From Octopus bimaculoides (lineage: Eukaryota): DNA of 64,000 nucleotides. The notes under the pieces are model-generated. The model was given only the letters and a program-made list of their open reading frames with translations. It was not told where the DNA came from and made no database searches. This document shows positions 27,002 through 38,494 of the stretch, piece by piece. Position 1 is the first letter of the stretch. Each line of letters starts with the position of its first letter. The DNA is taken from the NCBI RefSeq assembly GCF_001194135.2, contig NC_068987.1:79738289-79802288 (forward strand). The letters run 5' to 3'. The translations under genes were made by a program, and so were the position numbers.

Positions 27002-27349
27002 TTACTATAACTAAAATATTAAAATTATAATAATGTTTGATCATGTTGAAATGCCAATACGATGGATAGAAGAATGGCTACAGCATTCATAATTATCTAA
27101 GTAGATGCGGTGACGCACATCTTCTCTAGTTAAAATTCCTGGTTATACCAACTATGCATCTGAGCTCTCCTGTAACAGACAAATAACGCATGTAGATATA
27201 ATCGACTATACATTAACAGCGATATCTCGCACTCATCATTGTCCATTGACTGATACCAGCAAAGCACCAAAGGCATCGATGTAACGCAAATATTATTCAA
27301 CGTAATTAATCCCTTGGTGCTCTATAGAGCAAAAGCCCTGAAAGTCTTT

Positions 27350-27720
27350 CCCCCGTTTTTTGGCTCTGAAATAGTTTTACCATTCCTCCAGTTGGATCCC
27401 TGCTTTTCTTTGCAGCTTCCTTTCAGTTTGTATTGCCCTGCGTCAAGTGTTTCCCTGAGAGAAGGTTTTTTTTCTCCCAAATCTTGATTCTTTTACATTG
27501 CCATCGATGCTTCTGTAACTTTGCATTTTTCAAAGTAGAAGGTGTTAACTCTACGGAAATCCATTTTTACCTCCTAGAAGCGATTGTCTATTTTAGTCTT
27601 GCTCCCATCCTTTGACCTGTCCAGCATAGGAGATCCTATAAGCAGCCTTCGCTCTGCCGGTATATCTCTCTATTTCGTCACTGAAGCATGCAATCTACTA
27701 CGTCGCTGGGGCTAGATCTC
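27350..27720 (-). mobile_element. RTE-like LINE 3' ORF remnant
   Basis: Minus frames give SDEIERYTGRAKAAY (cf. RTE EI.RRI..AK.AF) and SIDGNVKESRFGRKK (cf. LEGKVEG.R.RGRP). Confidence 0.5.
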
Positions 27721-28001
27721 GTGATGAAAGACAAACTTATGTGCCGCAAATGAGCAAAGGCATGACACATTCTAGCTACAGCAATTTACGTTTGCATTTC
27801 AGACTCAAATCAAATTTGCTACTTATCCTTCTGGGTCGATCAAATAAAATAACCGTAAAATACTGACGACGATATAATCGATTGATATCTAAGAACATAA
27901 ATTTCAAGCCTGTCTTTGCAAGCAATCGTTATTTCCTGTTATTGACATAAAAGTTTCAAATATAAGCTAACTTTACGTTTCCCTTTATCCACTCATTCCA
28001 G

Positions 28002-28004
28002 CGG
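28002..28004 (+). other. Candidate 3-nt microexon (CGG)
   Basis: Branch-like CTAAC 27967-27971, pyrimidine tract, CAG ending 28001, CGG, then GTAAGT 28005-28010. Confidence 0.35.
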
Positions 28005-28075
28005 GTAAGTAAACTGAGAACAGAAATAAATCGGACATGCAAATTGCTTATGAAGCTAATTAGATATATCTGGAA

Positions 28076-28331
28076 TATAGGTTCTCAAAGTAGGTGCTAC
28101 TGCCCCCTGGTGGCGTTGAGAGGATCCAGGTGGGTGTTGATGCCTAAGTGGAGGATAAGAAAAAGGAGGAAAGCAATGGATGGGGGACACTATGAATTTA
28201 TGATATTATAATATTGTATACAAATTATATAATATGTTGAAGATCAAAGGTTTCATAGCATATATAAATTAGCAAAATATAAAATATGGCGCTGAGGGTA
28301 TTATGTGGCCCAAACAGTTTGAGAACCTCTG
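28076..28331. mobile_element. hAT (Charlie-like) MITE
   Basis: TIRs TATAGGTTCTCAAAGT / AGTTTGAGAACCTCTG; 8-bp TSD ATCT(G/A)GAA at 28068-28075 and 28332-28339, fitting the nTCTAGAn preference. Confidence 0.85.
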
Positions 28332-28381
28332 ATCTAGAAGAAAGCGTTCCCTTTGCTCTAAATAATTTCGATGGCTTAAAT

Positions 28382-28655
28382 CAATGCTTCTCAGACTATT
28401 TGATGTGGCGTACCGGCCAATGTGCCAGGGACGGTAATATTTCTTAGTAATATTAATTTATACCTGAACCAATACATATCATGAATATACTCAAAGATGG
28501 CAATTTTTTTAAATCTTATATTTATTTTGTAAACAAATAATGAAATATTACATAAGCATTTTATAATGTTTCTTTTCTGGAAACTCGCTGCGTATTGGCA
28601 GCTGATGGCTTGCAGACCAGCACCGGTCGGAGGGCCACCACTTTGACTAGCACTG
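28382..28655. mobile_element. Second hAT-type MITE
   Basis: Ends CAATGCTTCTCAGACT / ACTTTGACTAGCACTG; 8-bp TSD GCTTA(A/G)AT at 28374-28381 and 28656-28663. Confidence 0.8.
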
Positions 28656-29051
28656 GCTTAGATAATGAACAGAGTAGCAAGATTCCGTAATAGTTCATTT
28701 GATACAGCATATGTGCTTGTGTATGGATGGATGTATGTATGTATGTCTGTATGTATGTATGTAGGTAGGTAAGTAGGTATGTATATTTGTGCTTGTGAGT
28801 ACAGAGAGAGACGCGCGCACACACACATATCCATAACATTATGTGTGTTTGTGTGTGTGTATGTGTGAGCGCGTGTGTGTGCGTGCGTGCGTGCGTGCGT
28901 GTGCGTGTGTGTGTGTGCGTGCATGTGTTTGTGTGTGTATGAGTTTGTGTGTGCGTGAATGTGTTTGTGCGTGTGTAAGCAAAATCAGAATTTAAATTAA
29001 TTCACACATTCTCACCATCTATCTGAATACGTGTGTGCATATATGTGTATG

Positions 29052-29082
<31 letters not shown>

Positions 29083-29084
<2 letters not shown>

Positions 29085-29487
29085 GTTGATTCTATGGAAG
29101 ACATTTGTTCTGAGCCGCCTAGACTATTGCTCTCAGTTGTGGTCACCACACAGTGTTAAGCGGACAGCAGAACTCGAGGCAATTCAGCGGCACTATACAA
29201 AAAAGATCGCCACAGTCCAACAGATGAACTACAGGGAGCGACTGAAAGCACTAGGTCTCTACTCCCTGGAGCGCAGGCGGGAGAGATATGTAATAATATA
29301 CATATGGAAAATACTGGAAGGACTGGTGCCAAACTTTGGTATCAAGTACTACAGGAATGCCCGCACGGGTCGCCACTGCATGGTGCCAAAGGTACCGTCC
29401 ACTGCATCTCACGTAAGAACGAGATACTGCAGCAGCCTCGGTTTCAGAGGACCTCAGCTCTTCAATGCCCTGCCAAAACATTTGAGA
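29083..29487 (+). mobile_element. CR1/L2-group LINE, post-RT C-terminal fragment (runs into gap)
   Basis: Open frame MLILWKTFVLSRLDYCSQLWSP...LEAIQR...ERLKALGLYSLERRRERY...GFRGPQLFNALPK. Confidence 0.9.
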
Positions 29488-30440
29488 NNNNNNNNNNNNN
29501 NNNNNNNNNNNNNNNNNNNNNNNNNNNNNNNNNNNNNNNNNNNNNNNNNNNNNNNNNNNNNNNNNNNNNNNNNNNNNNNNNNNNNNNNNNNNNNNNNNNN
29601 NNNNNNNNNNNNNNNNNNNNNNNNNNNNNNNNNNNNNNNNNNNNNNNNNNNNNNNNNNNNNNNNNNNNNNNNNNNNNNNNNNNNNNNNNNNNNNNNNNNN
29701 NNNNNNNNNNNNNNNNNNNNNNNNNNNNNNNNNNNNNNNNNNNNNNNNNNNNNNNNNNNNNNNNNNNNNNNNNNNNNNNNNNNNNNNNNNNNNNNNNNNN
29801 NNNNNNNNNNNNNNNNNNNNNNNNNNNNNNNNNNNNNNNNNNNNNNNNNNNNNNNNNNNNNNNNNNNNNNNNNNNNNNNNNNNNNNNNNNNNNNNNNNNN
29901 NNNNNNNNNNNNNNNNNNNNNNNNNNNNNNNNNNNNNNNNNNNNNNNNNNNNNNNNNNNNNNNNNNNNNNNNNNNNNNNNNNNNNNNNNNNNNNNNNNNN
30001 NNNNNNNNNNNNNNNNNNNNNNNNNNNNNNNNNNNNNNNNNNNNNNNNNNNNNNNNNNNNNNNNNNNNNNNNNNNNNNNNNNNNNNNNNNNNNNNNNNNN
30101 NNNNNNNNNNNNNNNNNNNNNNNNNNNNNNNNNNNNNNNNNNNNNNNNNNNNNNNNNNNNNNNNNNNNNNNNNNNNNNNNNNNNNNNNNNNNNNNNNNNN
30201 NNNNNNNNNNNNNNNNNNNNNNNNNNNNNNNNNNNNNNNNNNNNNNNNNNNNNNNNNNNNNNNNNNNNNNNNNNNNNNNNNNNNNNNNNNNNNNNNNNNN
30301 NNNNNNNNNNNNNNNNNNNNNNNNNNNNNNNNNNNNNNNNNNNNNNNNNNNNNNNNNNNNNNNNNNNNNNNNNNNNNNNNNNNNNNNNNNNNNNNNNNNN
30401 NNNNNNNNNNNNNNNNNNNNNNNNNNNNNNNNNNNNNNNN
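29488..30440. other. Assembly gap
   Basis: N run. Confidence 1.
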
Positions 30441-31745
30441 TATATATATATATATATATATATCATATATGGAAATGTACTTAGTGAATATTTATGTGTA
30501 CGTTTCACTGTGTGTGTAGGTGTGTGTAGGTGTGTGTATGTGTCTGCGTATGTCACTGTAGTAAGTTAATTGTCAGTGAGTATTTCACACGCTAATTGCA
30601 TATCTCTGTACATTGTGGAATTCGCCAGAGTTGCAGGCTAGTCGGCGCCAATATAGCAGAGAATTACATCATATTGCTTCTTCAGGCTGAAATATGCAAA
30701 TTACTGATTTCTTAACGGATGCTTATCGTGTCACTTTGTATGCACCAAATTGTTGCGTCTTTATCGTAAATAAGTTTCGACAAGTTCGGACCTTCCTTGG
30801 CGACTGGATGGTTCCTTTCACTAATCAACCAGAGTGGGGTGACGGATTTCTGCTAATTTTGACTAATAATTTTAGCTGGTGCATAAGTTATTATAATCAA
30901 TTTAATACCGCCGACCCGTTTCTGTCTGACGTCTCGACTGGCACAACTATGTTTAGGTGCCGCTTGTTCTTTCACCAACGGGGGCCTGCCAAACGGTAGT
31001 CTCACACAAGAATATATATATGATTCTTTTTTTTCTTTTTTTTTATACTCCTTCTTTTGCATCATATATAAACGCCCCTTTCTTCCACCACGACGACAAC
31101 CATTACTACCATCACCACTGCTACCGCCAGTCATAACGAAAACTACTACTACTACTAGTACCACCATCACTTCCTAAAAGAAATGGTGATGGTGGCGACT
31201 TGGCGCTTGTTCAGCTGAGTGGGGTTGGGTCGTCACTGGTTGATTCGCAATTAATCAGAAATACCCTGTTGCGATTTAACATTTCAAAACGGAATTCAAG
31301 TGTAAACGCAATGTATATGTATGTGTGTGTGTATGTGTTTGTGTGTGTGTACATGTATACATAAGTAGTATGTGTATGTGCGTGCGTGTGTGCGTGTCTG
31401 TGTTCATGTATAAGTTGTATGCGTGGTTTTTGTGTGATTGTGTATGTATGTGTGTGTGTGTGTGAGTACATATGAATATGATAAATATATGAGTACTACC
31501 TCAACTCACGTCGAGTGCTAGATTTAAGTGTTGTTGATAAAGGAACGAGGTTAATCAATACTGATAACAATCAACAAATTCATATCGGCCAGTTCCCTTA
31601 ATTTTTTTGTTTTATTTTTATGTTATACTTTATTATATATCGGCAAAAAATTCTCGACAGAATTGGAATTATATATATTTATCTATCATACCGCCTAACT
31701 TTATGGCTTTATATGTATGTGTCTGTATATATATATATTGCCTAT

Positions 31746-32365
31746 AGTTTCAGCTGAGAGCTGTGGCCATGCTGATGCACGGCCGTTTTGCTACACTTTT
31801 ATTTCTGGGCGCCTCCTCCAATACGTGGCACTTGGTGAAGAATGGAGTTTGCTGTAACTACCCTCATTTGCACCTCTTGCCGTGAGGTAGGTTCATCTGG
31901 GACTCTCGACAGGAAGAGGTCCAACTTTGATTTAAAAACCTCTACATCTACTTTTTGCAGGTTCCTCATGCTCTTTGGGAGAGTATTAAAAAACTGTGGG
32001 CCCCTGAAACCCAAACTGTTGCAGTAACTGGTCCTGAAGCGCGATGGCATTGCTGGGATCTTTGGCACTATGTAAGGTCATCCCGTTCTGTCATTGGTGT
32101 AGCTTTCAATGCCAAAATTTGGCACAATTCCTTCCAGAATCTTCCAGATGTATATTACTGCATACCTCTCCCGCCTTCTCTCCAGGGAGTAGAGTCTTAG
32201 TTGTTTCAGCCTTTCCCAGTAACTGAGCAGTTGCAAAGAGACAATCTTCTTTGTGAATCTTCTCTGGATTGCTTCAAGGTCCGCTTTTAATTTCACACTG
32301 GTGGGTGACCACAGCTGTGAGCAGTAATCCAGGCGACTGAAGACGAATGTCCTCCAGAGGACCAT
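31746..32365 (-). mobile_element. CR1/L2-group LINE 3' fragment with intact 3' UTR
   Basis: MVLWRTFVFSRLDYCSQLWSP...YSLERRRERY...GFRGPQFFNTLPK...FKSKLDLFLSRVPDEP; one internal stop; tail ...CAGCATGGCCACAGCTCTCAGCTGAAAC then (TA)n. Confidence 0.92.
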
Positions 32366-33291
32366 ATATATATATATGTATATATAAAACATCTCAGAAC
32401 GTCTTGCGGATTTCGGGATCATTTTGTAGTGTATAAATTAAAGATTTCATTCTCTCCACAAGATCCCAAGTTCACCCATACCCATACTTTGCTCCTAGCG
32501 AGTTGGTATGTATTCTGTTGCTCCAATAGTAATAAGTTTATTATGCGTACTGGATTTGTAAATTTCTTATATATAGATGTCCACTTTCTATTGTATTATT
32601 CGGACTAAATTCGTGTCCAGAGGACACAAGAGAACATATGTCCTTTTTATGGTCCCACACTACGGTATATAGCCGGTTGTCTTTTAACTTAATGGCTGCT
32701 TTAATTTTAAAGCTCCACCAATATTATTTTAACCCATCGGACTCTATGTCGTCAATTTCATTTATAGGTTGTTGTTTTTTTTTTGTTATCCTGTCCTAGA
32801 CTTTTCATGCCTCGTATATATGTACGTATGTATGCATGTATGCCTGTATGCATGTGCATGTATGTATGTATGTATGTATCATCCTTATTTTCACCGTGTA
32901 CAGCGAGATATGAATAATTTGCTTATTTATCATCAATACGTCTTGGCGGTTTCCGACGCTGGTCGCTGCAGCGTACATCATAGAAGGGTAAATTCTTCTT
33001 TTTAAGAAGATAATTTGTTCTACGCATTCGGCTCAATGACACACGTGATTCTGCGACACTGTGGTTTTGACAGATAGTATCTCCTCAGCTAGAAACGCTC
33101 GGATCTTTTAGTCTATACCAAGCTCAAACTGCTAACTTTGTTTATAACTTCACACACACACACACACACACTCACATCTATACATAGACATATATATCCA
33201 TATATATATACATAAAATATTAGGGAATGCCAAAATCCAAACTTACAAGGATAATCAATTTAGTAATACCAAATTGAATTTTAAATTATTA

Positions 33292-33377
<86 letters not shown>

Positions 33378-33730
33378 GTAATGCAATCCCTTTTTAAATC
33401 GCACTTTATGTGAATTATATATTCGTCTGCATATATATATATATATATATGAGTATGTGTCTGTGTATGTTTGTATGTTTGTGTAAATATACACGTACTT
33501 ACATATGTATATAAATAGATAAAGATATATGTGTGCATGTGTGTGAATTTACATGCATACATTCATATACATATGTGCACACAGATGTACACAAGATATA
33601 TACGCAAAATTCCTCGATTTATTACATTTTCCGGCTGATTTACGTTCTTTGGGGGGTTTTACTCTCGTTTTTCCTCTTCCAGATCAGCATCTGGAGGGAA
33701 GAAATAATATGTATTAATCCAGTGAAGACA

Positions 33731-33862
33731 TTATACGTATATGGTGTCTAGACTAGGATAAACTAATGTAATAAGCACAAATGCCAAACAGATAATAATG
33801 GCACCTCTAAAGATTCTATGACGCCATTTTTGTTGGTTGGGATTGATAATATGGATAAACAT
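33731..33862 (-). CDS. Candidate 43-aa single-pass membrane sORF (unverified)
   Basis: MFIHIINPNQQKWRHRIFRGAIIICLAFVLITLVYPSLDTIYV*: basic patch then hydrophobic stretch; acceptor-like CTGTTCTCCAGTTCTCCTCACAAG 30 nt upstream on minus. Confidence 0.2.
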   Translation of the reverse strand: MFIHIINPNQQKWRHRIFRGAIIICLAFVLITLVYPSLDTIYV

Positions 33863-34127
33863 CTTATGACTTCCTGTGTCTCGCGTTCGTATCTTGTGAG
33901 GAGAACTGGAGAACAGCATGAAGTTTATTAAGACAAAAAAGGGGTGATATTTTTTCATCGTTTCGCATTCAACACATAACCACCATCATTTCGAAACATG
34001 TATTACAAGCAAAATTACCTAGAATGTGGTATTGACGGACACAGATTTATATGCATACATATATTCTCTCCCTTTCACCGTTCCCTCTAACTCACTCTTC
34101 CTCCTTGACTCGTCGCTGACACGTGAC
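33820..34127. promoter_or_regulatory. Promoter-like motif group (YY1-, ETS-, E-box-like)
   Basis: GACGCCATTTTT 33820-33831, ACTTCCTG 33869-33876, TCTCGCG 33879-33885, CACGTGAC 34120-34127 in unique CpG-richer DNA. Confidence 0.35.
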
Positions 34128-34788
34128 GAAAGGGGATCTCTCTTTCTGTCCACTGCCTTCCTAAAGAAAAGACGTGCTTTTTTCTGTCTCTCCTCTCATA
34201 GCTCGTCTACCTAGTGTTCATAATAATTTTTCTATCGTCTTGGCTCAACAGCCCTCACCGTTTGTTTTTACTGTCTTGTTCTTATTGTCCTGTTCTTGTT
34301 AACACATTCACCCTCCGCTAAAAATCCAAAATTTTATTCAATTTGCTTTGCAGGAAGGACTGTTTCAATGAAGTCGCGTATTGTCCTTGCTTTCGAAACA
34401 CGGAGTAGATGAAACAGGGACAACTGAAGAAGGGGTATATTCTTTATGTTGCATGTCTCGTTTCTCTGTTCGTTTTTTTCGTTGTTCGAAAAATGTTTGT
34501 TTTCTATGTTTTGGTTTCTCATTGTGTTTAACGTCTTTTTTTTATGTCCTGTACCCATATATGCATGTATGTATACATATGGATGTAGGTATGTACATAT
34601 ATGTATGGATATATGCATATATTTATATATTATTTATATTATTATATGATCGAACGCCAACGCCACGCATCCTTTTCCAAGTAAGTTTTATCTATCTATA
34701 TATATATACATACATATACGTATATGCATACACACACAAACACACATGTTCACACACACACACACACACNNNNNNNNNNNNNNNNNNN

Positions 34789-34824
<36 letters not shown>

Positions 34825-34971
34825 TACATGTGTGTGGGAGTATCTTATAGATGGTAACGATTGGAACGCCTTTGGTTATAGACCTATTCTGTCAAAGCTT
34901 GAAGGGTGAACTCGAAGGATAAATGACAACAACTACGTTCACGAAATATTGAATTTGAGAACAGGATTGCA

Positions 34972-35205
34972 GGTACTTATTTAATCGACCCCGAAAGAAT
35001 GAAAGGCAAAGTCGACCTCGGCGGAACTTGAACTCAGAACGTAGTGGCGTGCTAACGTTCCTGCCAGCTCGTCGGCTTAACTGGTACTTATTCTATGGAC
35101 CCCACCGAAATTTGAACTCCGAACATAAAAAGCTGGAAGTAACGCTCCTTGGCACATTTCCCGACTTCCTAACGATTTTGCCTGCTGGTCGTCTTGCACC
35201 ATATA
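34972..35205 (-). mobile_element. Two internally deleted SINE-B pieces
   Basis: ATCGACCCCGAAAGAATGAAAGGCAAAGTCGACC and a second degraded head. Confidence 0.8.
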
Positions 35206-35917
35206 AATAATAAGTTAAAATTTACAGTGAATGTAGCTTGGATGGGAATGTGCTTCGTAAGACACACTTGCTCAAAATATGCTACATTAAATTAATATCG
35301 AATAATGTCCCTTTATTCAAGTCAGTTAGGTTCTCCTTCATTTGTCTTGTAGAATTAGACATATTTTTTTAATGTCTTGGTCAAAGAATTTAAGAATTTA
35401 ATTTCGTATTTTATACGCAAACTTCTGCACAATTTATTCTTTTAGACTCATGTAAAATGAAGTACGATGCAATAATTTCTTAAAAGTCTGATTAACAGCA
35501 ACGTAATATTTCTGAAAAGAAATTCGCAAATATATAAGTATCGGGTATGTTAGTAATTTATTAGGAAAGAAAATTAATAGGATTTTAAGATATCAGTTAC
35601 GTTTCTTTCCAAATAAAATGCTTGGTTTTATCCTCGTTGACAAAACAAAATATTAGCTAAAACAGATAGGAAGATATACGGCTTCTTCTACTGACAGAAA
35701 GTAGTAAGCATAAGAAAGAAGATTGTGTATACTATTTAACAAGGACAAGTGTATGTATGCTGCATAACAAAATAGTGTACACATGGAATTTAATGTTTTA
35801 AGGAATTCTGAAATAGAATATTGTTTTTCTGCTTTATTTGTTTTTTAATACCCCTCTCAATGAGCGAAATGAGTACGTCTGCAAACACTAAACGACCGGC
35901 TATAGTTCCTCTGTCAA

Positions 35918-36028
35918 TAATCCGTAACAACAACGTCCGATTAGCATCGCTAATTTTCTGATTAAATTGCTACGCAAGCCTTTAAAATGTTCGATTGATT
36001 GGTTATCTTAATCTCGTAATCCGATTAA
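35918..36028. promoter_or_regulatory. Cluster of TAATC homeodomain cores including P3 palindrome TAATCCGATTA
   Basis: Six TAATC/GATTA cores in about 110 bp; palindrome at 36017-36027. Confidence 0.4.
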
Positions 36029-36410
36029 GAAAGTAAAATGTCGAAGATATACCTCAGAATCCTTTTCACGTTTCCTTTTTTATTATATCTTTTCTTATGT
36101 TTCATCGGCACGAACAAATGGATCAAAATAGAACTAATATTTGCCGTTACAGAAATATATTTGATTTGATCTTTAAGTCATTTGCGGAAGGTTAAAGAGC
36201 AGTTGATCCTCTAAGTTGTTACAGCAATACCTTATCTTTTGGAAAACACAATACATTTCTTTCGAAAATATTTCTAAAATGATGCCATTATCAACTTAAG
36301 TAATGCTCTTGTCTATCATCATAGAGTGATTAGTTATCAAATGCCTGACCTCTAGAATTTGTTTAGTGTCACTGTTTGAGGTAAGCAATTCTCTCAGTGG
36401 TTGATATTTC

Positions 36411-36844
36411 ATTCTTTTCATTTCTACTCTAGGCACAAGGCCCGAAATTTTGGGGGAGGGAGCCAGTTGATTAAATCGACACCAGTACGCAACTGGTACT
36501 TAATTTTATAGCCCCGAAAGGATGAAAGGCAAATTCGACCTCGGCGGAATTTGAACTCAGAACGTAGAGCCTGGCGATATACCGCTAAGCATTTCGCCCT
36601 GCGTGCTAACGTTTCTTATCTCTTTATTGCCCATAAAAGGCTGAACATAGAAGGGACAAACAAGGACAGACAAGAGGATTAAGTCGATTACATCGACCCG
36701 AGTGCGTAACTGGTACTTAATTTATCGACCCCGAAAGGATGAAAGACAAAGTCGACCTTGGCGGAATTTGAACTCAGAAAGTAGAGACTGACGAAATACC
36801 GCTAAACATTTCGCCCTGCATGCTAACGTTTCTGCCAGCTCGCC
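36411..36844 (-). mobile_element. SINE family B dimer
   Basis: Complete dimer with both tails and the conserved junction. Confidence 0.93.
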
Positions 36845-37931
36845 ATGACATAAACCGTCAAATAGGTGTACCCGCCAAGGCAAGAAATGTACATTAAGAG
36901 ATAAGAGGAAGTTGAATGAAATGAGCAATCTGGTTTCGAGTCGCGGTGGAAATAAAGTATGCACCTTTTAATCATTAATGCTCGTCGTTTCCTATTTTAA
37001 TACCACTCTCAGCCTTCCCTACATTTGACTGAGTGCACCCATGTAAATATTCAGGTCAGGTTTCCACTCTGACGATAACAAGATATTTCACCGTTTCTTC
37101 CACTATTTTCCGAGACTATACAAATAGATTATAGGTATTGATGAAGTCATACCAAAGGCGCTTTTTCGTAGACTAGTCAACGAACGGTGACTGCAAATCG
37201 GATAAGCTTATATCCTATAATGTCGGGAAACTACGAGTACTGATGTGAGTATGCCATGCTTGTATTACACACACATACTCCCATACATATTGGACCATTA
37301 GTAATATATTTAAAAGAAAAGGTGTTTCTCTGGATGCCCTGTTATGCATGCCCAGTGATACATAATAACCGGTTATAGCATTTTCCAGACCGGAGTACAT
37401 GTTTATGCGCATGCCCGAAGAACAAAAATTACCGTCAATGCTATTTGAAATTTTTACTGCGCGTATCAATCTTGCGATCTATCCATGCAATTTGATTTGC
37501 TTTTGTGATATAAGACATTTAGAAATATTTATTGCATGGTTTTACTCTATGTTGGATATTACGAATATGCAAAAAAAAAAAAAACTTTTCAAATCTCATC
37601 CCAAATTTTGATTTTGTTTTCCTTAAAGAGATCGTAGCGAATTGACGAACATAGGCAAAACGATATCAAATTTAGACAAACACATTAAAGTGAAAAGCAT
37701 TTGCATTTTTCTTGTGTTTGCCTTAAATAATCGTAAATAATAATTAAATGTAAATGAAATATACACCATTTTATGAGAAACAAACAATACTATGTTTAAT
37801 AATTACTGTTAGAAAGTTTAATAAGAGGCTCAAATTTCACCCCCTCCCCTAATTTTAAATTTTGAACTTTTCATCTAATTATTTGTCTGTCTATCAATTT
37901 ATCCCTATCCCTTTATTCATATCTATTTATT

Positions 37932-37982
<51 letters not shown>

Positions 37983-38029
37983 NNNNNNNNNNNNNNNNNN
38001 NNATATATATGCACAGACATACATATATA

Positions 38030-38188
38030 CACGACAGGCTTCTTTCAGTTTCCGTCTACCAAATACACACACAAGGCTTTGGCCGGCCCGTGACTATAAT
38101 AGAAGACAATTGCTCAAGGTGCCACGCAGTAGGGCTGAACTAGGAACCATGTAATTGGTAAGCAAGGTAATTACCACTCAGCCACTCC
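38030..38188 (-). mobile_element. SINE family C 5' half
   Basis: Reverse of GGTTCCTAGTTCAGCCCTACTGCGTGGCACCTTGAGCAATTGTCTTCTATTAT...GGTAGACGGAAACTGAAAGAAGCC. Confidence 0.85.
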
Positions 38189-38494
38189 AACATCTCTTGA
38201 AACAGATAACTATATATTTATTGAATTAAAAATTTTGAAAACGTGATTTTTTGCATATTCGGAATCTCCGTCATCGAAAACATAGGAATCCGCTGAAAAA
38301 AAATCAGAAAGTCTGTTTTTGTTGGGGAGGGGGTGACTGTGCGCCAGGTTCGCTGGAGATGAGGGGTGAAATCTGATAAATTTTAAATTTGGGGGAAAGA
38401 GAGGTTGATGTGGGTATTTTAAGTTCGGAAAAGGTGGTTTAAAAAAAAAAATTCTGAAAAATGTTCAAACTTTTAAATTAGGCGGAGGGCAACA

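Noticed and set aside
33675-33700. Hairpin CCAGAT-CAGC-ATCTGG as a possible pre-miRNA
   Set aside because: Stem too short; no known miRNA sequence recognised anywhere in the window
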